From Bdellovibrio sp. (GTDB taxonomy: Bacteria > Bdellovibrionota > Bdellovibrionia > Bdellovibrionales > Bdellovibrionaceae), in assembly GCA_046318155.1 (NCBI GenBank), contig JBKCUU010000063.1:1-14193 (forward strand): a DNA stretch of 14,193 nucleotides, written 5' to 3'. Of this stretch, positions 1-8,082 are shown in pieces. Below the pieces are notes generated by a model that ran no database searches, was not told the DNA's origin, and saw only the letters and a list, made by a program, of their open reading frames with translations. Position numbers and translations under genes: made by a program. Every line of letters begins with the position of its first letter. Positions within the stretch are counted from its first letter, which is position 1.

Positions 1-441
1 TGTTCGAATTTTGATGGTCACTGGAATTTTGACCGCGGACACAACGGCTTTCAAAAGCTCGGTCATGCCCGGAAGGTCTTTGAGCATCGCTGAGCCCGCT
101 CCCTTTTTCACGACTTTGGGAACCGGGCAACCAAAATTCAAGTCAACAAAGTCAGCACCCATCTCTTCGCAGACTTGCGCGCCGCGGGCGACGTGAGAAA
201 TCTCTTCGCCAAAAAGCTGAATGCCGACAGGGCGCTGCCCTTCCTCAAAACTCATCAACGAAAGTGTGCGATCTGATTTGTACTCGATCCCCGTTGCTGA
301 AACCAATTCGGTCACGACAAGGCCTGTCCCCATTTTTCGCATAAAACTACGAAAAGGATGGTCCGTGATTCCCGCCATAGGAGCGAGAACAAAGGGATTT
401 TGTCTGAGGGCTTGAACCGGATTGAGGCGAGCAAATGCCAT
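1..441 (-). CDS. dusB: tRNA-dihydrouridine synthase B (5' part, runs off window edge)
   Basis: Not in the ORF track. Manual translation from ATG at 441: MAFARLNPVQALRQNPFVLAPMAGITDHPFR...TELVSA...PVGIQLFG...DFVDLNFGCPVPKVVKKGAGSAML...IPVTIKIRT, containing the Dus motifs LAPMAG, QLFG and DLNxGCP. Confidence 0.95.
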   Translation of the reverse strand, partial: MAFARLNPVQALRQNPFVLAPMAGITDHPFRSFMRKMGTGLVVTELVSATGIEYKSDRTLSLMSFEEGQRPVGIQLFGEEISHVARGAQVCEEMGADFVDLNFGCPVPKVVKKGAGSAMLKDLPGMTELLKAVVSAVKIPVTIKIRT

Positions 442-518
442 GGGTGGAACCGGATTTACCAGACCTTGGCCTGGAAGGGAAAGAAAAGACCGTGAAACCC
501 GAGGGTAACCCCTCAAAA

Positions 519-549
519 TCGGCAAGTTTTTCGAAAAATTTGCCGAATC
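519..549 (+). promoter_or_regulatory. 28-bp near-perfect palindrome overlapping a sigma28(FliA)-like promoter
   Basis: tcggcaagtttttcgaaaaatttgccga (519-546) has 14-bp arms with one G-T mismatch. It contains CAAG(523-526)-N15-GCCGAATC(542-549), resembling TAAA-N15-GCCGATAA. Confidence 0.55.
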
Positions 550-556
550 AGAGCCT

Positions 557-3169
557 ATGAACCGCAACCGGCCTTGGCTGGCCCTGGTTTTATTCATTCT
601 AGTTTCGTTGAACGCAGGCTTCGCTGGCGCCGATTCGCTGTGCCCGACACGCGCGGATGGAACCACCGAACTCCAACAAGCCGGTGTCGCAGCTTGTGTG
701 AACATGTGCCAGCAAGTCTCGAACAGGCAAGACGAAAAGATGACTCATTACTTTTCGGGCAAGTGTGCGGAGGAAGCCGAACGCCAATCACGCCGCGGAC
801 TTTCGGGAGCGGGCAAGACCGGCGTCGAGGTTTTGGACGATGCCCTGCTGCAATGTTTACCTTTAGCTGTCAAAAAGTCGGTCGTTGGAACCATTGAACT
901 CGTGAAGGGACTTCCCCAACTGATGTCCCTTGCTGGCGAAAAGTTGGCCGAAGCGGCGGCTCGCAATCAGCTTCCCGAAGGCTTCAATTTTCAAGATTGC
1001 GAACAAAGCGCCGATTGTAAGCGCGCGCTCGCGCGGCAACTGATCAATTACCAAACCAAAAACTCACAAGGACAGTGGGCGGTCAGTGACGCCGAGGTCG
1101 ACAAGCAAACTCAAGCCATGCGAGTGACGGACATGCTGGCGATGATCCCTGAGCACCGACGCAAATCGCGAGACAAATGCGCGAGTGATTTGGCGGCTAC
1201 TCGCCGTCGAGTCAATTCAGGTTCTGAGGATTGGACGACGGCGATGCATCGACGCGTTTATGACACGCTCGGAACCGAGCATCCACACTGTCTTGGAATT
1301 TTAAAACTCTACCCACCCGAACTACGACCCCCTCTGCTGAACCCGGCGAGCGCAAGACCGACACCGACACCTCCTCCGCTTGCCGCGAATGACCCACTCG
1401 ATCAACTCTCGACGGCACAACTGATAGAGTTTGGTCGCACATGCATGGGCCGGGAAATGATCGTCGAGTTTTGCGCCGAAATTGTTTCAGTCCTGGTTCC
1501 CCTTCCGGTGGGCGAAGCCGCCGCGGTCGTTGCTCGCTCTGGCATTTTTTCAAGGCCGGCAGCAAAAATTCGCGGCACGAGAGCAGAGGCACCTGGTGCT
1601 ACCGCAGGAACATCGGACTTCGCGCGGGCGCGCGAGAACCGCGCACCAATGCCAGCAGATCTCCCCACGCGTTCGCAGTTTATCGCTCGGCATGAAATGG
1701 TTCAGATCACCAATGAGCAACAAAACTTAGCTTGGATGAATCTGGCCAAGCTGACAAAGTCAGATGGCCGCACGTTGTTTGTCGATATCGAAAATTCGAA
1801 GATGAAATACTTAAACGATTCACTTCGCGACAAGTCGTTGGTGACCGCAATAACTAATCGTCATAAGCAAATTGTGTTAGAAAAAATGGACAAGCTCAAA
1901 GCCGAATTTCCAAACTTGGAAATTCTTCCGTACAGCGATTTTAAAGCGTTGCGCTTTGCATTTCGAGAGCCGGTGCCGCCGAGGCTCAAAGATCGCCTCG
2001 GAAAGGTTTTTACCGACGCCAATCAAGAATTTCGTGACGAATTGGTCAAGAGTCGCTTGGTACGAAATGAAGACTTGGCTGAAAACTGGTTTCGCGCCGG
2101 CGTCGGTCGCACGGCCGATCAAGCCAACATCGCCTCTCGGTATTCGCGCAACGTCGATGGTCCAAACTTGGTGCGAGATTATGCCGATCCGGCCTTGCAC
2201 GGAAATTTAGGACAAAATCTGATCAGTGTCGAATACTCGCGCGATCAGGTGCAAACTGGACTGATGGGTACAGGTCTGCTTGAGGCGGTTCCGGGGTCAA
2301 CAAACCGGATGATTCCAAAGTTAGACGTGATGGACGTTGTTCGAAAAGAGAAAACGCCCGAAGCGATCAGGGACGCGCTTAACCAGCGCTATGGACAAAA
2401 CTTGACGCTGAAGCAATCGGCCCATTTGCGTGATTACCTCAATCGTGTAGATGAGTTTTCGCCGGGAATTCATGTCGCAAAACGGGAAGTTCCCACACTC
2501 ACTGATGCGACTGCAGGAGGTCTGTCGGCCGACTTTGCCGGCATGGGGTCGCATAACATGCGAGAAACAGCGCGCGCGCTCGCCAACTCGCGAAATCTAG
2601 ATGAAGCCCTCGTCGCGACTCGAAATGGTGAGCGGACGGTCACGCAATTGTTTCAACAACGCATGCGCGACCGCCAAGCGATCATTCGCAATTACCTTGA
2701 AGATAAAAAGAACATGCCCGGACTTAAAATCACCTGTTCAGGAGATGATTGTATCGCGACCGTTCCGCGCGCGATGACGACACCCGAACGAAATGAACTG
2801 GTGCAGCGACTTTCCCGCACAGATGAGCCCGCAGGAATGCGGCTAGCTTTTGTCAAAGATGGTATTTCAAACCCCGGGGAGCGAAACATCTTGGCCGCTC
2901 ATGGTGAAGGCATCGAAAAACAACTTCGGCGCGAGTTGGCCGGAAAAATCACAGAAGACAAAATGAAAAATGTTCTCTTTGCCGTCGAGATGAATGGCAC
3001 AGCTCGGGGCGAGGGGGCTGTGCGGTTGATGACCGGAAACTCGCGCACCGCCTTGTCAGCTATCGAGCGCAGACAGATCCAAGAGGCTTTTCTTCGGGCC
3101 GTCCAAGTTTTTAATCGGACCGGAAATGGAGCGAACATGCCCCCCGCCCGGTATATCGCTCAGCCCTAG
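557..3169 (+). CDS. Secreted Cys-rich multidomain protein with putative tandem palm (GGDEF/Cas10-like) nucleotide cyclase domains
   Basis: 870-aa ORF with a Sec signal peptide (MNRNRPWLALVLFILVSLNAGFAGA), 11 Cys in the first ~310 aa and a Pro-rich linker. Motifs: LFVDIENSKMKYLND (D410), YSDFK, SADFAGMG (D659) and CSGDDC (S728-D731). The ORF is secure; the domain call is by eye. Confidence 0.6.
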   Translation: MNRNRPWLALVLFILVSLNAGFAGADSLCPTRADGTTELQQAGVAACVNMCQQVSNRQDEKMTHYFSGKCAEEAERQSRRGLSGAGKTGVEVLDDALLQCLPLAVKKSVVGTIELVKGLPQLMSLAGEKLAEAAARNQLPEGFNFQDCEQSADCKRALARQLINYQTKNSQGQWAVSDAEVDKQTQAMRVTDMLAMIPEHRRKSRDKCASDLAATRRRVNSGSEDWTTAMHRRVYDTLGTEHPHCLGILKLYPPELRPPLLNPASARPTPTPPPLAANDPLDQLSTAQLIEFGRTCMGREMIVEFCAEIVSVLVPLPVGEAAAVVARSGIFSRPAAKIRGTRAEAPGATAGTSDFARARENRAPMPADLPTRSQFIARHEMVQITNEQQNLAWMNLAKLTKSDGRTLFVDIENSKMKYLNDSLRDKSLVTAITNRHKQIVLEKMDKLKAEFPNLEILPYSDFKALRFAFREPVPPRLKDRLGKVFTDANQEFRDELVKSRLVRNEDLAENWFRAGVGRTADQANIASRYSRNVDGPNLVRDYADPALHGNLGQNLISVEYSRDQVQTGLMGTGLLEAVPGSTNRMIPKLDVMDVVRKEKTPEAIRDALNQRYGQNLTLKQSAHLRDYLNRVDEFSPGIHVAKREVPTLTDATAGGLSADFAGMGSHNMRETARALANSRNLDEALVATRNGERTVTQLFQQRMRDRQAIIRNYLEDKKNMPGLKITCSGDDCIATVPRAMTTPERNELVQRLSRTDEPAGMRLAFVKDGISNPGERNILAAHGEGIEKQLRRELAGKITEDKMKNVLFAVEMNGTARGEGAVRLMTGNSRTALSAIERRQIQEAFLRAVQVFNRTGNGANMPPARYIAQP

Positions 3170-3276
3170 AGTTCCAATCTGAGGCTCTAACTTACAGCCA
3201 CGTCGAGGAGGTTTTTCGCGTACGTCATTTTGTAGCCAGCGAGGACAAGACCAATGCGCCTTTATTTATGCTTTAG

Positions 3277-3882
3277 TCAATAGTTCTCGATCCAGGTAAT
3301 GCGTCCCTCGAGCTGGCGCTTCGCCTTGGGTGGCTCATGATCAGGATACCCGACCGCGATGCCACACAACAACTCGAGCTCACCGTCTTTGTACTCGCTG
3401 AGTTGATCCACACCTAAAAAAGCATCGACTTCTTTTTTGATCTCCAGGGGCGCGCCCATCGTGCAGCACCCAAGACCCTCGACCTGGCAGGCAAGATTGA
3501 TATTCTGGGCAGCCATGTAAACGCTGCCGATACTGGTGTGATACCGCTCATCACTTGAATTGTGTGAATAACAAAAGATAAGAACGGGCGCATCGCCAAG
3601 AGTAAAGAAGAACCGCTCAGTAAAGTCATAAAGTGAAGGCTTCAGCCGCTTTTGCAAAATATCTTTAATACCATTCCAAGATTTTTGAGAATACGAGAGA
3701 TACGCATCTCGCTTGGCACCCGTGACCACAAAAAAGCGCCAATTCTGCCGGTTCTTCCCGCTAGGGGCGTGCAAGCCCGCCGTCAGTATCCGCTCGAGCA
3801 TGTCTTTGGGCGGCAGCTCTTTTTTAAACTTTCGAATCGATTTTCGCGATTGAATCAAGCTGTAGAATTCTTCTTTGGTCAT
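3277..3882 (-). CDS. Nitroreductase family FMN-dependent oxidoreductase
   Basis: Motifs SRKSIRKF, APSGKNRQNWRF, AQNINLACQVEGLGCC, VGYP and a C-terminal KR. Confidence 0.92.
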   Translation of the reverse strand: MTKEEFYSLIQSRKSIRKFKKELPPKDMLERILTAGLHAPSGKNRQNWRFFVVTGAKRDAYLSYSQKSWNGIKDILQKRLKPSLYDFTERFFFTLGDAPVLIFCYSHNSSDERYHTSIGSVYMAAQNINLACQVEGLGCCTMGAPLEIKKEVDAFLGVDQLSEYKDGELELLCGIAVGYPDHEPPKAKRQLEGRITWIENY

Positions 3883-3916
3883 CGGTGAAATTCTTCTTTC
3901 ATCAGCAGTAGACCGC

Positions 3917-3924
3917 AGTATAAT
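3917..3924. promoter_or_regulatory. Overlapping divergent -10 elements
   Basis: agtataat gives TATAAT on + (3919-3924) and TATACT on - (3917-3922; TTGGTA lies 18 bp upstream at 3941-3946). It sits in the 51-bp gap between divergent genes. Confidence 0.5.
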
Positions 3925-3933
3925 GTCTCTTCA

Positions 3934-4440
3934 GTGCAATTACCAAAGAAACTGGATCTGTGGATTCTCTTTAGCCTGTTCATTTTGCTCGTGGTCATCA
4001 CGGCCGCGAGTGTTCATCCCGCAGCTCGCCAATGGCTGCGCGACCACCTCATTCAAGACACCCGAACCGTCGTGGGCAAGGTCGACGGCGATCTCACGGG
4101 ACAAGGCGATTTTGTGTCGGTCGTCAAAGTCAAGACCAAGAATGATTTGATTGTCGAGGTCTACACGAGGGAGCCCAAGAAAAACGAGACGAGTCTGCGC
4201 GCACGATTGGTTTTGCCCGAGCGGCGCGATGGCTACTTTCAGCTTCAAGGACATCCGACAAATTTAGCTTTAGTTGACGTCAATAAAGACGGCGTTCTTG
4301 AAATCGCTGTGCCGACTTTTGATGACAATCTGATCCCGCGTTTGCATATCTACCGGTATGATCCTGCCGCCCAGGTCTTTATTTTGACTGGGCCGGATTT
4401 TTTGCCGCTCGAGCCAGCCTCAACGCCCGCGGGGGACTGA
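3934..4440 (+). CDS. Membrane-anchored protein with FG-GAP/VCBS-like Ca2+-binding motifs
   Basis: GTG start, N-terminal hydrophobic helix (LWILFSLFILLVVITAASV), DGDLTGQGD and DVNKDGVLEIAV (DxNxDG-type) motifs, beta-rich sequence. Confidence 0.7.
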   Translation: MQLPKKLDLWILFSLFILLVVITAASVHPAARQWLRDHLIQDTRTVVGKVDGDLTGQGDFVSVVKVKTKNDLIVEVYTREPKKNETSLRARLVLPERRDGYFQLQGHPTNLALVDVNKDGVLEIAVPTFDDNLIPRLHIYRYDPAAQVFILTGPDFLPLEPASTPAGD

Positions 4441-5532
4441 CGGCGCAGGCTTGGATTTTTGCAGGTTTTGACCGTCACGGACTTTGCTTAAGTCGCGCCA
4501 ACTTTTACCTTCACGATTCTTTTTAGTCCTCTGAAACCGATTGACCGCGGCTTGATGATCTTTGTAGTCCTTCGTGAAAACATGCGTTCCATCATTTTGA
4601 CTCACAAAGAATAAATACTCAGAGGCCTGCGGCTGCAAGGCTGCGCGCAAAGCTTCGGCACCAGGATTGGCTATCGGGCCCGGAGGTAGCCCCTTTCGGA
4701 AATAGGTGCTGTAGGGATCTTCCATTTTTAGATCCGCGCGCGTAATACTGATTTCTATCATCGTTCCCGCTTTACGGGCCTTGGCATAAAGCACCGTCGG
4801 ATCCGTTTGCAACATCATGTTTTTGCGCAACCGATTATGAAACACGCTTGATATCAGAGGGCGCTCTTCAGGCGCTCCCGTTTCTTTTTCGATGATACTG
4901 GCGAGAGTGACGACCTGATGGCGCGTCCAACCCATCGCTTGTGCTGCAGAATCCAGTGGCCGGTAGACATCGTGAAACCGCTGCACCATCGCCTGCACCA
5001 GTTCACGGAGGCCTGTAAACTTGGTCACCTGATAGGTTTCGGGATACAAGTACCCCTCAAGTGACTCGAGCTTTTGTCCCGTCACCGACTGGACAAACCC
5101 AGGATCACGTACGAGCTTTAAGAACTCGAGTTTCGTTCCAAGTCCTGCGCGCTCGACCAGATCCGCAACCTCATAAATGTTTAAACCCTCGGAGACGGTA
5201 AAATTGCGGCCCACTGATTTACCTGAAAGCAGGACCTGCAACACTTCATTTGGTGTCATGTTCAGGCGAAAGAGATATTCGCCCGCTTTCATCTTACTGG
5301 CTTCGCCGCGGATACGTGCAAAAAGCGAAAAAAGCGCAGCGTTCTTGATAACCTCACGTTCTTCAAGATCCTTGGCTACCGCCGAGAAGGTGCGACCCGG
5401 AGCGACTTCAAACACCAAGTCGACCTGACGATTTGACGCAGGATTTTGGATGAAGCCCGTCCACAACCAGGCGGCTAAACCCACCACCAGCGCAAAAAAG
5501 GCGACGATGCTGTAAAGCACGACTCTCTTCAT
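4420..5532 (-). CDS. mltG: Endolytic transglycosylase MltG (YceG family)
   Basis: N-terminal TM helix, LEGYLYPETY, ASIIEKET (catalytic Glu), LQTDPTV, GLPPGPIANPG, YLFFVS..DGTH. SD GGGAG upstream. Confidence 0.96.
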   Translation of the reverse strand: MKRVVLYSIVAFFALVVGLAAWLWTGFIQNPASNRQVDLVFEVAPGRTFSAVAKDLEEREVIKNAALFSLFARIRGEASKMKAGEYLFRLNMTPNEVLQVLLSGKSVGRNFTVSEGLNIYEVADLVERAGLGTKLEFLKLVRDPGFVQSVTGQKLESLEGYLYPETYQVTKFTGLRELVQAMVQRFHDVYRPLDSAAQAMGWTRHQVVTLASIIEKETGAPEERPLISSVFHNRLRKNMMLQTDPTVLYAKARKAGTMIEISITRADLKMEDPYSTYFRKGLPPGPIANPGAEALRAALQPQASEYLFFVSQNDGTHVFTKDYKDHQAAVNRFQRTKKNREGKSWRDLSKVRDGQNLQKSKPAPSVPRGR

Positions 5533-5554
5533 AAGTAGCTCCCGTCGTTTGGGT

Positions 5555-7042
5555 TCAAATGTTCATTCCTGGTAAAGCTTTGCTGGCATCGTAGGGTGTC
5601 GAATCTTCGAGGCTCGCAATTGGAACCGCACAATACTGAATCGCAAAATGGGCCGAGGGTCGGTCGTTACCCGATTTTCCCATGCCGCCAAAAGGCAAAC
5701 GTGAGCTTGCTCCATTTGTTGTTCGGTTCCAATTGAGCAATCCCACCTTACATTCGAGCAAAGCTTTTTCATAGAGCGCCTTGTTTTGCGTAAACAAAGC
5801 CGCAACCAAGCCAAAGCCTGTTGAGTTCACTTGCGAGAGCATTTCATCCGGATCGGACACACGGTAGACCGCAACGTTTGGCCCAAAAATCTCGGACTTC
5901 TGATAAACCGAATTGGAATCAAACTTTTGCACCAAGTTAATGCTTGGAGTCACATAATGACCTTTGTACTTAAGACCCTCGAGAACCTTTCCACGCATCA
6001 TGTTTTCGCAGTTTTCGCGCTTAGCGATCTCTTGAAAACGAAGATATTTTTCGACAGCCGGCTCGTTGATCAGTGGCCCCATAAATGGATTTTCAGACCA
6101 ATGTCCGATCGAAAGTTTTTTGGCGGCTTGATAAAACTTATCCGCAAACTCATCGGCGATTTTCTCGTGGATAAAGACGCGTGACGTACAAGCACAGCGC
6201 TGACCTGTTGTCATAAACGCGCCCACCAATGTCTCATACACGGCTTTCTGCAGGTTGGAGTCGTCCCAAACCATGGTGGCATTTTTTCCGCCCATTTCGA
6301 GAGCTAAGATTTTCCAGTAATGAGTCATTGTCTCTTGCTTAATACGGAGACCAACTTCGTAAGATCCCGTAAATAGAATACCATCCACAAGTTCGTGCGC
6401 GACGAGCCTGCGACCCGACTCACCATCCCCTTGAACCATGTTGAACACGCCAACAGGAAAACCGGCCTTTTCAAAACAGAGGGCGTAGAGTTCACCAACC
6501 AGAGGAGTTTGCTCCGAAGGCTTAAACACAACCGTGTTCCCCGCCAGTAACGAAGGAATGATATGTCCATTGGGCAAATGCGCCGGAAAGTTAAAAGGAC
6601 CAACAACGGCCATCACACCGCGTGGTTTAAATCGGATGACACCATCAACACCAGGAAGCGCATTGGGCAAACGCTCTTCGGCAATGAATTGAGAAGAAAA
6701 ATTGACCGTGATGTCAATTTTATTAGCCAGGTTTCCCGCTTCTTGCAGAGACTCCCAAAGTGGCTTTCCCGTGTCCCGTGCGATGGCTTTTGCCATTTCG
6801 TCTTTGTGCGCTTCAAACTGCTCGCGCAGCTTCATCAAGTAAGACTTGCGCTCATCCATCGCCAAACGGGCCCATGGCAAAAACGCTTTTTGAGCAGACT
6901 CGCAGGCCATCTCAATATGCGCGCGTGAAAAGGGCGCTGTCATCACTTGATCACTGAGGTCGGCGGGACTGATATCCTTGATTTGTCCGTCGGCTCTGGT
7001 GACCACGACAAACTTTCCATTGATAAAATCACCTCGGCTCAT
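5555..7042 (-). CDS. astD: N-succinylglutamate 5-semialdehyde dehydrogenase (AstD-type ALDH)
   Basis: GPFNFPAHLPNGHIIPSLLAGNTVVFKPSE is the AstD signature. Also FTGS, LEMGGKN, GQRC, EIFGP and PFGGMGKSGN. ATGA overlap with astA. Confidence 0.9.
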   Translation of the reverse strand: MSRGDFINGKFVVVTRADGQIKDISPADLSDQVMTAPFSRAHIEMACESAQKAFLPWARLAMDERKSYLMKLREQFEAHKDEMAKAIARDTGKPLWESLQEAGNLANKIDITVNFSSQFIAEERLPNALPGVDGVIRFKPRGVMAVVGPFNFPAHLPNGHIIPSLLAGNTVVFKPSEQTPLVGELYALCFEKAGFPVGVFNMVQGDGESGRRLVAHELVDGILFTGSYEVGLRIKQETMTHYWKILALEMGGKNATMVWDDSNLQKAVYETLVGAFMTTGQRCACTSRVFIHEKIADEFADKFYQAAKKLSIGHWSENPFMGPLINEPAVEKYLRFQEIAKRENCENMMRGKVLEGLKYKGHYVTPSINLVQKFDSNSVYQKSEIFGPNVAVYRVSDPDEMLSQVNSTGFGLVAALFTQNKALYEKALLECKVGLLNWNRTTNGASSRLPFGGMGKSGNDRPSAHFAIQYCAVPIASLEDSTPYDASKALPGMNI

Positions 7043-8082
7043 GCTTGCTCCTTACCGTTTTTTTTATAAAAGAAGGGCGCCAAGAAAACTTCTTGCTCGA
7101 GCTCGATGCCCAGCAGTTGGCGGCTCTTGGAGGTCATGGCGATTTCGTCACCGCGGCGATCATAACTTGCAACCACGCAGCGAAACTCGCCCTCAATAAC
7201 GGCGGCAACCAGTCCTTGTTCTTTGTAGGCAGCATCGCCAAATTCAGACACGCGCACAAGGCGACCTTGTTTCACAGGTCCGATTTCTTGCGTTCTGCAG
7301 CCAAAGTGAGGACCGCCGTCGAAAGGATCGACCTCTTCGAGATACTCAAAGCCAATGCTCTCGAGCAAGTGCTGGGCTGGTTTGGTTTGCTCGCCCACGC
7401 GTCCAAGCACGGTGCGCGCTTTTGCGTCGAGCAAGCAAAGGTAAATATCTTCTTCAGGAAAGAGCGAACGGATAAACTCTTTATGCGATTGACTCAGCAG
7501 GTCCGCCTCTTGATACGGAAGACCCGTAAAACGGCGGCCAAGGGCTTCCCAAAATTCACTGCGTCCTTCCTCGGTCAAGGGCGGCGTCAACTCGCACAAA
7601 ATTCGATCTTCGAACCGTTCGGGATGCATGGCTACATACAAGAATCGGCTGAGTGAAATTTGCTTCCCCAGCTTTTCGGGTCGACGGCGATAAATTTTAT
7701 CGACAAGGAGACCACCGATCTCGGTCGGACCATCAACATCAAGTTGAAAGCGCAGCACTTGGTGGATAAATCCAATTCCCAAGTCGTCACTAAAGTGACT
7801 GCGCTTGATAATTTTAAAAAAACTGTGCGGCACGTCTTCGTTACCGTGCTTGGCCATAATCAAAGAGCTACCGACAACTAACCTTTCTTCAACATCTTCA
7901 AGAACAAAAAGGTACTCGGACTCGAGCTTCGGTAGTTGGCCAGCAAAAGACTGAATACTTCGGTCAATCTTATCTGACAAAACCTTCTTATCCGCTGGCA
8001 AGTTGAGCAATCCAAACTGACGTGCCAAATCGTGAAGCTGAGCCAAATCGTCGTGACGAACATTGCGCACTACAAAACTCAT
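7039..8082 (-). CDS. astA: Arginine/ornithine N-succinyltransferase (AstA family)
   Basis: NLPAD, YLFVLED, SLSRFLY, FWEALGRRFTG, PAQHLLESIGF and VDPFDGGP match AstA family motifs. Confidence 0.92.
   Translation of the reverse strand: MSFVVRNVRHDDLAQLHDLARQFGLLNLPADKKVLSDKIDRSIQSFAGQLPKLESEYLFVLEDVEERLVVGSSLIMAKHGNEDVPHSFFKIIKRSHFSDDLGIGFIHQVLRFQLDVDGPTEIGGLLVDKIYRRRPEKLGKQISLSRFLYVAMHPERFEDRILCELTPPLTEEGRSEFWEALGRRFTGLPYQEADLLSQSHKEFIRSLFPEEDIYLCLLDAKARTVLGRVGEQTKPAQHLLESIGFEYLEEVDPFDGGPHFGCRTQEIGPVKQGRLVRVSEFGDAAYKEQGLVAAVIEGEFRCVVASYDRRGDEIAMTSKSRQLLGIELEQEVFLAPFFYKKNGKEQA

Noticed and set aside
11..415. Plus-strand ORFs 11-196 and 221-415
   Set aside because: Antisense shadows of dusB.
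557..3169. Type III CRISPR (cas10) call
   Set aside because: No HD domain, cas genes or repeat-spacer array; the signal peptide is incompatible. The resemblance is limited to palm motifs.
442..3276. dus-associated genomic island
   Set aside because: No integrase, att-like direct repeats or transposase are visible.
3170..3882. Immunity gene or intrinsic terminator after the 870-aa gene
   Set aside because: The next gene is a convergent ordinary nitroreductase, and no convincing hairpin plus U-tract lies in 3170-3276.
7045..7656. 203-aa plus-strand ORF and other short ORFs nested in long genes
   Set aside because: Antisense or alternate-frame shadows of well-supported genes, with no recognisable motifs.
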